Assembly: GCA_963730295.1 (NCBI GenBank)
Contig: CAVSRE010000010.1
Coordinates: forward strand, 5,310-69,309
DNA: 64,000 bases
Direction: 5' to 3'
Source: an uncultured Actinomycetota bacterium
Lineage (GTDB): Bacteria; Actinomycetota; Actinomycetes; Mycobacteriales; Nakamurellaceae
This document shows positions 9,123 through 18,840 of the stretch, in pieces. How positions within the stretch are numbered: position 1 is the stretch's first letter; each line of letters opens with the position of its first letter. The notes beneath the pieces were generated by a model. It saw only the letters and a list, made by a program, of their open reading frames with translations, was not told the origin of the DNA and ran no database searches. The position numbers and the translations under genes are program-made.

Positions 9123-10787
9123 GTGATGGCGTCGGCATTGGACGAGCTGGTCCAGACGGCCCGCAGCGCGGTGGCGGCCGGCGATTTCGTCACGGCCCGA
9201 ACGGCTTTCGAGTCGATGGTCAAGCGGGACCCGACGCCGCAGGCGCTGGCCGGGCTCGGGGACACGCTGTGGTGGCTCGGCCGTACTGACGAGGCGGTCC
9301 GCTACCAGGAACGTGCATACGCCGGTTTCCGGCGCCGCGGCGATGTGGCACAGAGCGCATTCCTGGCTGTCGGGTTGTACCTGAGCTACCGGGTCAGCCT
9401 GGGTAATGTGGCGGCGGCGCGCGGCTGGTTGGGGCGGGCCGCCCGCTTGGTCGATGCGGGACCGCTGGTACCGCTGGCGGGCTGGGTCATGTTGCTGCGC
9501 GCGCATGACAGTGCCGACCCGGCCGCCGCTGAACGCTGGTCCCGCGAGGCCCTCGACGCCGCGGCCGGTGTCGATGATCCGGACCTGGAGCTGTGCGCGA
9601 TCAGTCAGCTCGGGGCGTCGCTGCTGCAACAGGGACAGACCGAGGAGGGCGCGGCGCTGCTCGACGAGGCGATGGCGGCCTCGCTGGCCGGTGAATGCCG
9701 GCGGCCGCACACCGTGGTCTACACCGGCTGTACCTTGATCAGCGCCTGCGCCGAGACCGCGACGGTTGACCATGCCCTGCAGTGGATCCGGGCCGCGGAC
9801 GGCTTCACCGGCCGGTACGCCAGCCCGCATCTGTACCTGCACTGCAGGATCTACTACGGCGTCATCCTGTTCGCCTCGGGCGACTGGGCCGGTGCCGAAC
9901 GCGAGCTGGGCGCGGCGATGGCCGGCGGGGCCTCGGTCGAGCCGGCGCTGCACGCGGAGGCGGCCGCCCGGTTCGCCGAACTCCGCCTCGCCCAGGGCCG
10001 GATGGAAGAGGCCGAGCGCCTGCTCGAGGGCTTCGAGGAGCACGTCACCAGCGCGTACGCCCTCGCGATGCTGGCGCTGGCGAAGGGGGATCGCGACACT
10101 GCCCGACGAATCGCGATCCGCCGTGTTCGGGAGATCGACGGACAAGACAGTGACCGGCCCGGCTCCCACCGGGCCGGGCTGGCCGTCTGCCTGGAGGCTG
10201 GCTGGCTGTGGGAGGTCCTTGCCAGCGCTTCGCCCGAGCAGGATGCCGAAGCCGCGGTCGCACGTCTGACCGAACTGGCCGAACGGACCCGCTGCCCGCA
10301 GTTGCAGGCCCGCCGGCTGCGGGCTGAGGGGATCCTCCGTCATGACGTCCTCTGCCTGGAACAGGCGTTGAGCCGGTTCCACCGGCTCCAACTGCCGCTG
10401 GAGGCCGCCCGTACCCGGATGGCGCTGGCCGACCTGCTCGACGGTGCGGACGGGGTGGCAGAGGCCCGCTCCGCGTTGGCCGGTTTCGAGACGCTCGGCG
10501 CTGCCCACGACGCCGACCGGGCCGCGGCCCGGCTCCGCGACCTCGGCGTTACTGCCACCCGCGGCGGCCCGTCGGGGCTCGGCGAGCTGACCCGGCGCGA
10601 ACACGAGGTGCTCGATCTGCTCGGAAAGGGCTTATCCAATCGGGAACTCGCCGACCGCCTGTTCCTGTCCCGCAAGACCGTCGAACGACACGTGCGCAAC
10701 GTGCTGTTCAAGCTGGGCCTGCGCAACCGGGCCGAGGCCGCCGCCTACGTCGTCCGGCACCAGGCGCAAATCCGCTCCACGGTTTGA
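9123..10787 (+). CDS. LuxR-family regulator with a long helical/TPR-like N-terminal region
   Basis: 554 aa. The C-terminal LTRREHEVLDLLGKGLSNRELADRLFLSRKTVERHVRNVLFKLG is a GerE/LuxR HTH. The N-terminus is Ala/Leu-rich with TPR-like repeats, and I saw no Walker motif. Confidence 0.8.
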   Translation: MMASALDELVQTARSAVAAGDFVTARTAFESMVKRDPTPQALAGLGDTLWWLGRTDEAVRYQERAYAGFRRRGDVAQSAFLAVGLYLSYRVSLGNVAAARGWLGRAARLVDAGPLVPLAGWVMLLRAHDSADPAAAERWSREALDAAAGVDDPDLELCAISQLGASLLQQGQTEEGAALLDEAMAASLAGECRRPHTVVYTGCTLISACAETATVDHALQWIRAADGFTGRYASPHLYLHCRIYYGVILFASGDWAGAERELGAAMAGGASVEPALHAEAAARFAELRLAQGRMEEAERLLEGFEEHVTSAYALAMLALAKGDRDTARRIAIRRVREIDGQDSDRPGSHRAGLAVCLEAGWLWEVLASASPEQDAEAAVARLTELAERTRCPQLQARRLRAEGILRHDVLCLEQALSRFHRLQLPLEAARTRMALADLLDGADGVAEARSALAGFETLGAAHDADRAAARLRDLGVTATRGGPSGLGELTRREHEVLDLLGKGLSNRELADRLFLSRKTVERHVRNVLFKLGLRNRAEAAAYVVRHQAQIRSTV

Positions 10788-10864
10788 GGGTTCTCCCCGA
10801 CGCAGACCCGCCACCGGCCCGGGCAGCGTGGAGGCAGCTGCTCTCGCCCACCCGGAGGTGCCCG

Positions 10865-12280
10865 ATGACCATCGCCACGCCCAGCGTCGCACCCGCCATT
10901 GCCCGACTCGTCCGCGGGAACGTGGTCGGGCCCGACCATCCCGGCTACGACGACGCCCGGGCCGTGCAGAACCGGCCCTTCACCCGCCGGCCCGCTGCCG
11001 TCGTGCGCTGCGCCGACTCCGCCGACGTCGCCGCGACCGTGCGTTTCACCGCTGACGAGGGTCTTCCGCTGGCCGTCCGGGCGGGCGGGCACAGCGCCGC
11101 CGGGCACGGCTCGGTCGACGGCGGCGTCGTGGTGGACCTGCGGGCCATCCGGCACGTTCGGGTCGACCCCGAAGTGTCGATCGCCGCGATCGGCGGCGGC
11201 GCCCTGGCCGGAGATGTCGACCGCGCCACCCACCCGTTCGGGCTCGCTACCACCACCGCGACCGTGTCGACAGTCGGGGTCGGCGGATTCACGCTCAGCG
11301 GTGGCATCAGCCACCTGACCCGCAAGCACGGGCTGGCCGTGGACAACCTGGTCGGCGCCGATGTCGTGCTCGCCGACGGTTCGCTGGTCCGGGCCGGCGG
11401 CGGGAACGACGGCGGGGACGAGGACCTGCTCTGGGCGCTGGCCGGTGGCGGCGGCAACCTCGGCGTCGTCACCGAGCTACGGATGAGGCTGCATCCGGTC
11501 GGGACGGTGACCGGTGGCCCGATGCTCTTCCCGATCGAGCGGACGGAGCGCCTGGTCCGGCTCTACCGCGACTGGATGCCCCAGCAGCCGGATGACGTCT
11601 ACGCCTATCTCGCCCTGCTGACCGTCCCGCCGGACGGGCCCTTCCCCGAGAACCTGCGGCTGCGCCCGGTCTGCGCCCTGGTGTGGTGCAACACCGCCGC
11701 CGCGGACCGCTCCGACCGGGCGCTCGCGACGTTCCGCGGCGAGCGACCGCTGCTCGATATGGTCGGCCCGATGCCCTACCCGGCGTTGCAGTCCGCTTTC
11801 GACGCCGGCGCAGCGGTGGGCACCCACAGCCACCTCACCGGCGTGCTCTTCGAAGACCTACCGGATGCCGCGGCCGCCCGGTTCGAATCGTTCACCCGCC
11901 GCGCACCCACACCGCTGTGCATGAGCCACCTCTACCCCCTGGACGGTGCCGCGGCGCGGGCGGACCGCGGCGACACCGCATGGCCCTGGCGCGACGCGGC
12001 GTTCGCCCAGATGTTCGCGGCCGCGGCACCCGGCCCGGGCCTCGACGACAGCCTGCGGGCCTGGACCACCGGATTCCGGGACGCCGTGCGGCCGTACGCC
12101 ATGCCCGGCTGCTACGCGAACTTCCAGATGGACGAGGGTCCCGAGGCGGCCCGGGCCTGCTACGGCCCCAACGCCGATCGGCTCGCTGAGCTGAAGGGCC
12201 GCTACGACGGGGGCAACCTGTTCCGGCTCAACCAGAACATCGAGCCGGCGCCGGCCCGATCGTCGGGACAGAACCGGTGA
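10865..12280 (+). CDS. FAD-linked oxidase (PCMH-type FAD-binding domain with BBE-like C-terminus)
   Basis: Motifs are LAVRAGGHSAAGH, GGFTLSGGISHLTRKHGL and LLWALAGGGGNLGVVTE, with a C-terminal YGPNADRLAELKGRYDGGNLFRLNQNI. ATG at 10865 was chosen over the upstream in-frame start. Confidence 0.85.
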   Translation: MTIATPSVAPAIARLVRGNVVGPDHPGYDDARAVQNRPFTRRPAAVVRCADSADVAATVRFTADEGLPLAVRAGGHSAAGHGSVDGGVVVDLRAIRHVRVDPEVSIAAIGGGALAGDVDRATHPFGLATTTATVSTVGVGGFTLSGGISHLTRKHGLAVDNLVGADVVLADGSLVRAGGGNDGGDEDLLWALAGGGGNLGVVTELRMRLHPVGTVTGGPMLFPIERTERLVRLYRDWMPQQPDDVYAYLALLTVPPDGPFPENLRLRPVCALVWCNTAAADRSDRALATFRGERPLLDMVGPMPYPALQSAFDAGAAVGTHSHLTGVLFEDLPDAAAARFESFTRRAPTPLCMSHLYPLDGAAARADRGDTAWPWRDAAFAQMFAAAAPGPGLDDSLRAWTTGFRDAVRPYAMPGCYANFQMDEGPEAARACYGPNADRLAELKGRYDGGNLFRLNQNIEPAPARSSGQNR

Positions 12281-12385
12281 ACGGCTTCCGACCAACCCCG
12301 TGCCGTTTCCCGGCAGGATGTGTCGACCTGAATGCGCTCGGGCGCCGCATGATGAGCCCGCTCGGCGAGCCGAATGGAGTCGGCC

Positions 12386-13702
12386 ATGATCGGATATGAC
12401 GTCATCGTGGTCGGCGCGCGATGCGCGGGAGCGTCTACAGCGATGCTGCTGGCACGCCGCGGGTACCGGGTGCTGCTCGTCGACCGCGCCCACTTTCCCT
12501 CCGATACCGTCTCGACCCACCTGATCCATCCGGTCGGTATCGCGGCGCTGCAGCGGTGGGGTCTGCTCGACCGGCTGCTCGCGACCGGCTGCCCGCCGAT
12601 CACCCGCTACTCCTTCGACTTCGGTCCGCTCGTCATCGCCGGCACACCAGACCCGGTCAACGGCAACACTCCCGCCTACTGCCCGCGGCGCACGGTGCTG
12701 GACAAGCTGATCGTCGACGCAGCCCGCGAGGCCGGCGTAGAAGTGCGTGAAGGCTTCAGCGTGCACGAGTTGCTGGTCGAGGACGGTCGAGTGGTGGGTA
12801 TCCGCGGCAGCAGCGGCCAGGGCAGGCCGGTGGTCGAGCAGGCTCGGGTGGTCATCGGTGCGGACGGCGCCCATTCCAAGATCGCCGAAGCGGTCGCCGC
12901 CACGACCTATCAGGACCAGCCCAGGCTCGCTGTCGGGTACTACTCGTACTGGAGCGGCTTCCCGGTCGAGAACGCCGACTGGGTGGTGCACCCCGGAGGC
13001 CACGGGTACGGCGCGTTCCCGACGAACGACGGCCTGACCATGGTGCTTGCCGGGTGGCCGAATGCCGAGAGGTCAGCGGTGAAGGCCGATCTCGAGAACA
13101 ACTATCTCCGCGCCATCCGCGAGGCCTATGGTGATCGGCTCGCGGGTGCGTGTCGCGAGGAGCGGGTGGTCGGCGGCGGCTCGGCCAACTATTTCCGCAA
13201 GCCGTACGGGCCCGGATGGGCCCTTGTCGGTGATGCGGGCTACCTGAAAGATCCGCTCACTGCGCACGGGATGACCGATGCCTTCCTCAGCGCCGAACTG
13301 TGCACGACAGCGCTCAACGACGCGCTCACCGGGGCTCGTTCATACGCGGAGGCGATGGCCGCCTACCAGCAGCTCCGCGACACCCGTGCGATGCCGATCT
13401 ACCGGTTCACGCTGCAATTGGCCTCCGGGGAGGAGCCGCCACCGGACTTCCAGCAACTCCTCGGCGCCATCGCGGGCGATCAGCCGGCTATGGACGATTT
13501 CACCGGAATGTTCGCCGGCTCCATCTCGCCCTCAACGTTCTTCGACCCGGCCCACCTCGCGCGGCAGGTCGACGCCCTTCTGCGCCAAGGCCGACCCACT
13601 GCCCGCCGATGCCATCGGACCCAAGATGGCCCGGCTACGCCGCGAGCACCGACCGCCCCGATCCTGCGCATGATGCCGCGTTGCGCGCGGTCCTGCCGAT
13701 GA
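12386..13702 (+). CDS. FAD-dependent oxidoreductase (paralog of 61767-62981)
   Basis: Dinucleotide-binding start YDVIVVGARCAGASTAMLLARRGYRVLLVD. GGAG lies 6 nt upstream of the ATG at 12386 (alternative ATG at 12374). The last ~35 codons are Arg/Pro-rich and extend beyond the point where the paralog ends. Confidence 0.8.
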   Translation: MIGYDVIVVGARCAGASTAMLLARRGYRVLLVDRAHFPSDTVSTHLIHPVGIAALQRWGLLDRLLATGCPPITRYSFDFGPLVIAGTPDPVNGNTPAYCPRRTVLDKLIVDAAREAGVEVREGFSVHELLVEDGRVVGIRGSSGQGRPVVEQARVVIGADGAHSKIAEAVAATTYQDQPRLAVGYYSYWSGFPVENADWVVHPGGHGYGAFPTNDGLTMVLAGWPNAERSAVKADLENNYLRAIREAYGDRLAGACREERVVGGGSANYFRKPYGPGWALVGDAGYLKDPLTAHGMTDAFLSAELCTTALNDALTGARSYAEAMAAYQQLRDTRAMPIYRFTLQLASGEEPPPDFQQLLGAIAGDQPAMDDFTGMFAGSISPSTFFDPAHLARQVDALLRQGRPTARRCHRTQDGPATPRAPTAPILRMMPRCARSCR

Positions 13703-13725
13703 GCCGCGGCGGGTACGCGCGTTCG

Positions 13726-14094
13726 CTACTCGGCAAGCGTCCCTTGATGGTGAAACAGCCGCCAGCCGGCCACAGCGTCGTCCCATCGCCACAAGGAAGT
13801 CCTTCGCACACGACGTTCTGCCGCAATGGACACATAAGTGAGGAGGACAACGCCTTCAGCAAGGACCGAGCCCTGCATCTCCTCGTCGTGAATGGGCTCG
13901 GACGGGTTGTCCTCCCGTGTCAGCATCTCTATCGTGCTGTCCCGGTCCCAGACCCGACCGGACGCCCCGACCTCTCGGAACTCCGGATGGAGAAGTGCCC
14001 CCAACTCGTCGGGCGACGTCCGCGCCGACGGATGCAGCAGTCGCCGTTCGAGGTACATCACCCGCTCGATTGTTGCCTCCCGCGACTCAGTCAT
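13726..14094 (-). CDS. NTF2/SnoaL-like fold protein (DUF4440-like)
   Basis: 122 aa. The pattern LLHPEFREVGASGRVWDR...TSLWRW..DAVAGWRLFHHQGT matches the DUF4440/NTF2-like family. Confidence 0.7.
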   Translation of the reverse strand: MTESREATIERVMYLERRLLHPSARTSPDELGALLHPEFREVGASGRVWDRDSTIEMLTREDNPSEPIHDEEMQGSVLAEGVVLLTYVSIAAERRVRRTSLWRWDDAVAGWRLFHHQGTLAE

Positions 14095-14254
14095 GGAGCC
14101 ATCGTCGCAGAATGGGAACAGGGGAGACCGGACGCCGGACGCGCCTGGTGCCCGCGGACATCCTCCCAGGCCCGTTCAGATCGGTTTGGGAAACGCCGGA
14201 GGCCGGGGCCGGCTATTCCACCGCCGTTGGATGCGGATCATCCGTCGGCCGGCC

Positions 14255-16054
14255 TCAGAACCTGGGGGTGATGCGCATGACGGTGTCCGGCTTCGGCGCG
14301 TCCCTGGTGAAGTCGGGGTCGGCGCTGGCGGCGAAGCTCAGCAGGGTTTCGGTCCGTTCTTGTGCCTTCGCCGCCCATGCACCGGACCGCTGGTGGTCGG
14401 TGTAGTGGGGTGCCTGGTCGATCAGCTCACGCACACCCGGACCGCCAGGTGGTGGCGTGGTTGCGTACCGTTCGTCCATGCGATCGATCGCGTCCTGCAT
14501 CCGGCCCATCGACGTCAGATATCGAATCCAGCGGTGCCGCGCGAAGATGAAATTCGCGTTGAGCGCCTCAGCCGCCTGGCGACCTTTTTCGGCCAGCAGC
14601 GCAACCTGATCACGCGGCATCTGGAGGTTGAACCCGCCTTCTTTCGGGTGCAGGTGCACCTCGACCACCCGGTCGCGGTACCCGGGTAGGGCGCATTGCG
14701 CGTCGTCCGCCCAGTACTGCATCGTTGTCAGGATCGCGGAGGCGAATGCCGGGATCGACTGGATGGGTGTGATTCTGGGTGCCCGGGGCTGGGTTGCGGA
14801 GTAGTACACGTCTGATTGCGGGTGCTCCGGGTTGTAGTCGCGCAGGTCAAGGGCGAAGGTGGGCCGGTTCGGCCAGAGTGAGTCGAAGAAGTGAATCGGG
14901 AAGTTCGAGGTGATCCCACCGTCGGAGAACCAGCACCGAACGGCGGCGTGGTCTTTCGGATCTTTACGGGAGGTGTCGACCGTGTATAGCGGCACCGCGC
15001 TGATCAACCCCGGGAAGCTCAAGCTGATCCTGGCGGCCAGCACCACCGGTAGCCGGTCGGCTTCGGGCAGCCGGAACAGTGGGAGGCCCGCAGCGGACAA
15101 CAGTGGCCGACCGTCGTCCGTTGCGGCGGCCTCGTTGTCGCGTAACGCGGTGATGACGGCCGCCGGAAAGTACGCCGCCAGTTCGTCCGGGTCGAAGAGG
15201 AACTTGCGGTCCTGGAATGGGAAGGTCATGGGTTGGCCGAGGGTGAGATTCGTTGTCATCACCCGCAGGTCGATCCCGCGCTCAGCGAGATCGGCCACGA
15301 GCAGCGGTCGGGTCAACCCGGCAACCGCGTCGATGCGGGCGGACAGCCAATCGGTCAGGGCGCCGGGTTCCTCGGGCGTTGCCGGCCGGGCGTTCGGCCC
15401 GTCTGACCCCAGGCAGACACCGAAGCCCTGCGCCACCAGCCCGTCGGCTGTCGCGCGGACCTCCGCGGCCAGGGCGAGCGCTGCAGCGATGACGGTTCCG
15501 ATCATGATGAAGACGACCGCGAGGACCACGAATCTGGCGATTGTCGCGGCATCGGTCGGCAGGCCGGTCAGGACAAGAGCGGCGACGAGTCCGATCACCG
15601 CGGCGATCAGTGCGGTCGTGATGAATCTGCCGCGCTGGGCGCGCAGCAGCACCCGCAGGACGCGGGTGATCTTCGCTCGGGTGGTGGTGAGGACGGGGTC
15701 AACCGCGGCCATCACGGCTGCGTGAGCGGTGGCGGTCCGTGGCCCCGGGGTGAAGAGCTTGGGCAGCACCGGCCCGATCTTCCCCGGCAGGGTGGCCAGG
15801 CGTTGAAACCCACCGGTGTCGCGCCCGTACTCCGCGGCGGCGACCAGGCTCGCGGCGATGGCACCGGCCGAGGAGCCGCCGACGCTGCGGAACTTCCATT
15901 GGCGAGCCAGTTCGCACGCTGCGAGTGGATACACCACGCCGCTGGTGATCCCGCCTTTCATGACCAGATCGCAGTCCATGAGTGGCCCGGTCGACAGCGG
16001 GTAGGTGAGCTCCTCCAGTTCCTTGCCTCGGTTGACCGCGGTGGCAACGTCCAT
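14255..16054 (-). CDS. Patatin-like phospholipase with an inserted transmembrane hairpin and an uncharacterised C-terminal domain
   Basis: Oxyanion loop VMKGGITSGVVYP, nucleophile GGSSAG (GxSxG) and catalytic Asp motif FSDGGITSNFP. Two hydrophobic helices (FITTALIAAVIGLVAALVLTGL and FVVLAVVFIMIGTVIAAALALAA) lie between the Ser and Asp motifs. ATG at 16052-16054. Confidence 0.8.
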   Translation of the reverse strand: MDVATAVNRGKELEELTYPLSTGPLMDCDLVMKGGITSGVVYPLAACELARQWKFRSVGGSSAGAIAASLVAAAEYGRDTGGFQRLATLPGKIGPVLPKLFTPGPRTATAHAAVMAAVDPVLTTTRAKITRVLRVLLRAQRGRFITTALIAAVIGLVAALVLTGLPTDAATIARFVVLAVVFIMIGTVIAAALALAAEVRATADGLVAQGFGVCLGSDGPNARPATPEEPGALTDWLSARIDAVAGLTRPLLVADLAERGIDLRVMTTNLTLGQPMTFPFQDRKFLFDPDELAAYFPAAVITALRDNEAAATDDGRPLLSAAGLPLFRLPEADRLPVVLAARISLSFPGLISAVPLYTVDTSRKDPKDHAAVRCWFSDGGITSNFPIHFFDSLWPNRPTFALDLRDYNPEHPQSDVYYSATQPRAPRITPIQSIPAFASAILTTMQYWADDAQCALPGYRDRVVEVHLHPKEGGFNLQMPRDQVALLAEKGRQAAEALNANFIFARHRWIRYLTSMGRMQDAIDRMDERYATTPPPGGPGVRELIDQAPHYTDHQRSGAWAAKAQERTETLLSFAASADPDFTRDAPKPDTVMRITPRF

Positions 16055-16416
16055 TGGCCCGCCCCTCCCGCAAAGGGAATCCACAATGTGATGAATAGGA
16101 CATCGGATTGTTCCCCGGTGTCCGCAGCCATGCAACAGGATTGATCAGCAACGGCGAACAGTGCCCGGACCATTCGGCCTCGCACGGCGCGCTGACCGAG
16201 GCAACCACGCTGCACCGCAAGGCTTTTCGTGCACATGTCAGCAAGCTATGTCACTGACTTCATTGGCCGCGTGCCTGCCGGCTCTGCGCCTGGCCCACGT
16301 CAGCGTGCCGCGTCGAAGAGTGGCGAATGGCAGCAGAGATGCGTCCTCGTTCGTCGACTCAGACCCGCGTAACGGCCTGGCAGTTACCGAGATTGGAGGC
16401 GAGCAAGTCCCTGCGT

Positions 16417-17868
16417 TTACCGTGATCCGAACCAGGTCGTGAGGGCGTCGACGAGCCCCGCCGCGGTGCCGTCTCCCACCCAGGCGACGTGCCCGTCAGG
16501 CCGAATCATCACTGCCATCGGTTGGGGAACCTCGCCGATCACCGGCAACTCCCACCTGCCGTCAGATGAGGCGTTCACCAGTTGCACGCGCTCTGCCCAG
16601 GGGCCGATGTCGATGCTGCCCTGGTCACCGAAGTTGATCAGGACCGGCTGCGCTTCGTGGAGAAATGCGTAGACTCGAGCCGGTCCGTCGGTGGTGACCA
16701 GGTCAAGGTCTGGCATCCTGCGGCCGAGGAGCGGGTGTCCCTCGCCCAGGTCGTAGACGACGTCGAGACCCGAGACGAGTCCACCAATGTATTTGCGCGC
16801 CGCCTCGAAGTTGGTCATTGCGTTCATCAGGTCACGCACGGCACCGATCCGTGCGTCCTGGCGCTGCAGCGTGCTGGCTGCCATCGTGTACTGCAGGGTG
16901 CGTGCCCCGGCAGGGTGCCGCTCGGCGTGATAGGTGTCCAGCAGGCGGTCGGGCGAGGTTCCCTTCACCACCTGGGCGAGCTTCCAGCCGAGGTTCACGG
17001 CGTCCTGAATGCCGAGGCCGATCCCCTGGCCGCCCGCCGGTGAGTGGATGTGCGCGGCGTCGCCCGCCAACAGGATTCGGCCGTTGCGGTAGGTCGCTGC
17101 CTGTCGGGTGGTGTCGGTGAACCGCGAGATCCAGGTCGGGTTGTGGACCCCGAAGTCGGTGCCGAAGACCGCGGTCAGGTTCTCGCTGAGGTCAGCCAGG
17201 GTGGGTTCGAGGGTGTTTCCGAGTTCTGGCTCACTCGTGACGACCCGTACGGTCCGACCGTCCTGCATGACGCTGAGACCGTGGATGCCGCTCGCGTCGT
17301 ACTTGGGACCGGTCGGCAGGTCCTCGGTCACGTCGACTTCGGCGATCAGGGCGCTCGTACTCGCCTCCCATCCGGGGAAGTCGATCCCGGCCGCCTTGCG
17401 GATCATGCTGCGCCCGCCGTCGGCCCCGACGACGTAGCAAGCGCGCAGCCTCTCACCGTTACTGAGGTGGACGTTGACGCCGGTTTCGTCCTGATCGAGG
17501 CCGGTCACCTGCCGTCCCCTCAGGACTGGCACTGTCAGCTCGTCGATCCAGCCGACCATTATCCGCTCGATGTGGTTCTGCGTGAGCCCGAGCGTGTACG
17601 GGTGGCGGGTCGGGAAGTCGCTGATGTCCAGCATCGTGGTGCCTGAGTACGGCATCGGGTAGGTCTTGCCCTCCTCGAGGAACCGATCGGCGATGCCCCG
17701 CTGGTCCAGGATCTCGATCGTGCGGGAGTGGAATCCTCCCGCGCGTGAGCCCACCAGCTTGGACGTCGGCCGCCGCTCGACGATCATGACATCGACCCCG
17801 GCCAAGCTCAGCTCACCGGCGAGCATCATCCCCACTGGGCCGCCGCCGACAACGATCACATCAACCAT
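16417..17868 (-). CDS. FAD-dependent aromatic-ring monooxygenase (group A flavoprotein hydroxylase)
   Basis: Motifs are VIVVGGGPVGMMLAGEL, VGADGGRSMIRK and LAGDAAHIHSPAGGQGIGLGIQDA. ATG at 17866-17868 has AAGGAG upstream. Confidence 0.85.
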   Translation of the reverse strand: MVDVIVVGGGPVGMMLAGELSLAGVDVMIVERRPTSKLVGSRAGGFHSRTIEILDQRGIADRFLEEGKTYPMPYSGTTMLDISDFPTRHPYTLGLTQNHIERIMVGWIDELTVPVLRGRQVTGLDQDETGVNVHLSNGERLRACYVVGADGGRSMIRKAAGIDFPGWEASTSALIAEVDVTEDLPTGPKYDASGIHGLSVMQDGRTVRVVTSEPELGNTLEPTLADLSENLTAVFGTDFGVHNPTWISRFTDTTRQAATYRNGRILLAGDAAHIHSPAGGQGIGLGIQDAVNLGWKLAQVVKGTSPDRLLDTYHAERHPAGARTLQYTMAASTLQRQDARIGAVRDLMNAMTNFEAARKYIGGLVSGLDVVYDLGEGHPLLGRRMPDLDLVTTDGPARVYAFLHEAQPVLINFGDQGSIDIGPWAERVQLVNASSDGRWELPVIGEVPQPMAVMIRPDGHVAWVGDGTAAGLVDALTTWFGSR

Positions 17869-18840
17869 CAGCACTCCTTGTGTCCTCGCCGGGTTTTGGT
17901 GGCACGGCCGAGAAGTGTCAGGCACGACGGGGGTCTTGCCGCAAGCCCCCCTGCGCGCTATATCTTGAAAGTGGCTACGGGCTCAGGACCGACTCAATGG
18001 CCCGGCAGGTCATTTGTGTGGTGGCGTTGTCGTCCGCGCACATGGTCTTGACGTTGCCAGCTGTTGTTGACACCTGTCCGGTGCAAGAACCGTGTACCGG
18101 ACATCCCGCCCCGGCATTCGGGTGATCCCTGCCCGGCGAGACCCGTTGGGGGAGCATTGGTCACGCGACGTCACGCCCCGTGACAATGACCGATTTGTCG
18201 TTTAAGTTGAACGTGGTTGGAACCGCAGCCGCCCACCGGTTGGCGGGCGTGCACGGGGGCCTTCCCGCATCAGGGTTGCTGGTTGCGTGCTGCCCATTTG
18301 ACGCAGAGGACAATGATTCATGCTGCCCCGCCATCGTCACCGGAAGAACAACATCATCCCGAGCGGCGCCCCGACACTGACCGCGCCACCACCCCCGGTG
18401 CCGGGGCGGCCTGGCGTCGTACCCCCGCAAGCCGCACCCGTTGAGCAGCAGCGCCTTTCGATGAGTGAGGACCAACTATGACGGTAACCCCGATCGCGGT
18501 CGACACCGGCCGGTCAGCCATTCCCGAACAACGAACGGGCCCTCGATGAGAGCCCGGGATCGCCGCTCGTAACGGTGATTTCGAGCCTTCAGCCTGGTAG
18601 TGGTCGCCAAGCGTCTGGCGCTTTGGCGCCGCAGCCGTGCCAGGATGATGCTGTCGTTGCATTGGCCGCTTCGGTTCGTGTCCTTCACCGGAGGTTGTCT
18701 GACACGGACCAGCACGGCTGATCGCCGACGACGGGTCCACCAACGGAGGGCCACGGGGACGTCCCCCGGGTGGGCGCACCGGTCCGGGGACGGGCCGACT
18801 GAGGTCGAGTTCTCTCGACCCGGAGCGAAAGGCGAATCCG

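Noticed and set aside
9096-10604. 502-aa minus-strand ORF antisense to the TPR-LuxR gene
   Set aside because: It is Gly/Arg/Pro/Gln-rich with no motifs. The plus-strand frame has a clear LuxR HTH.
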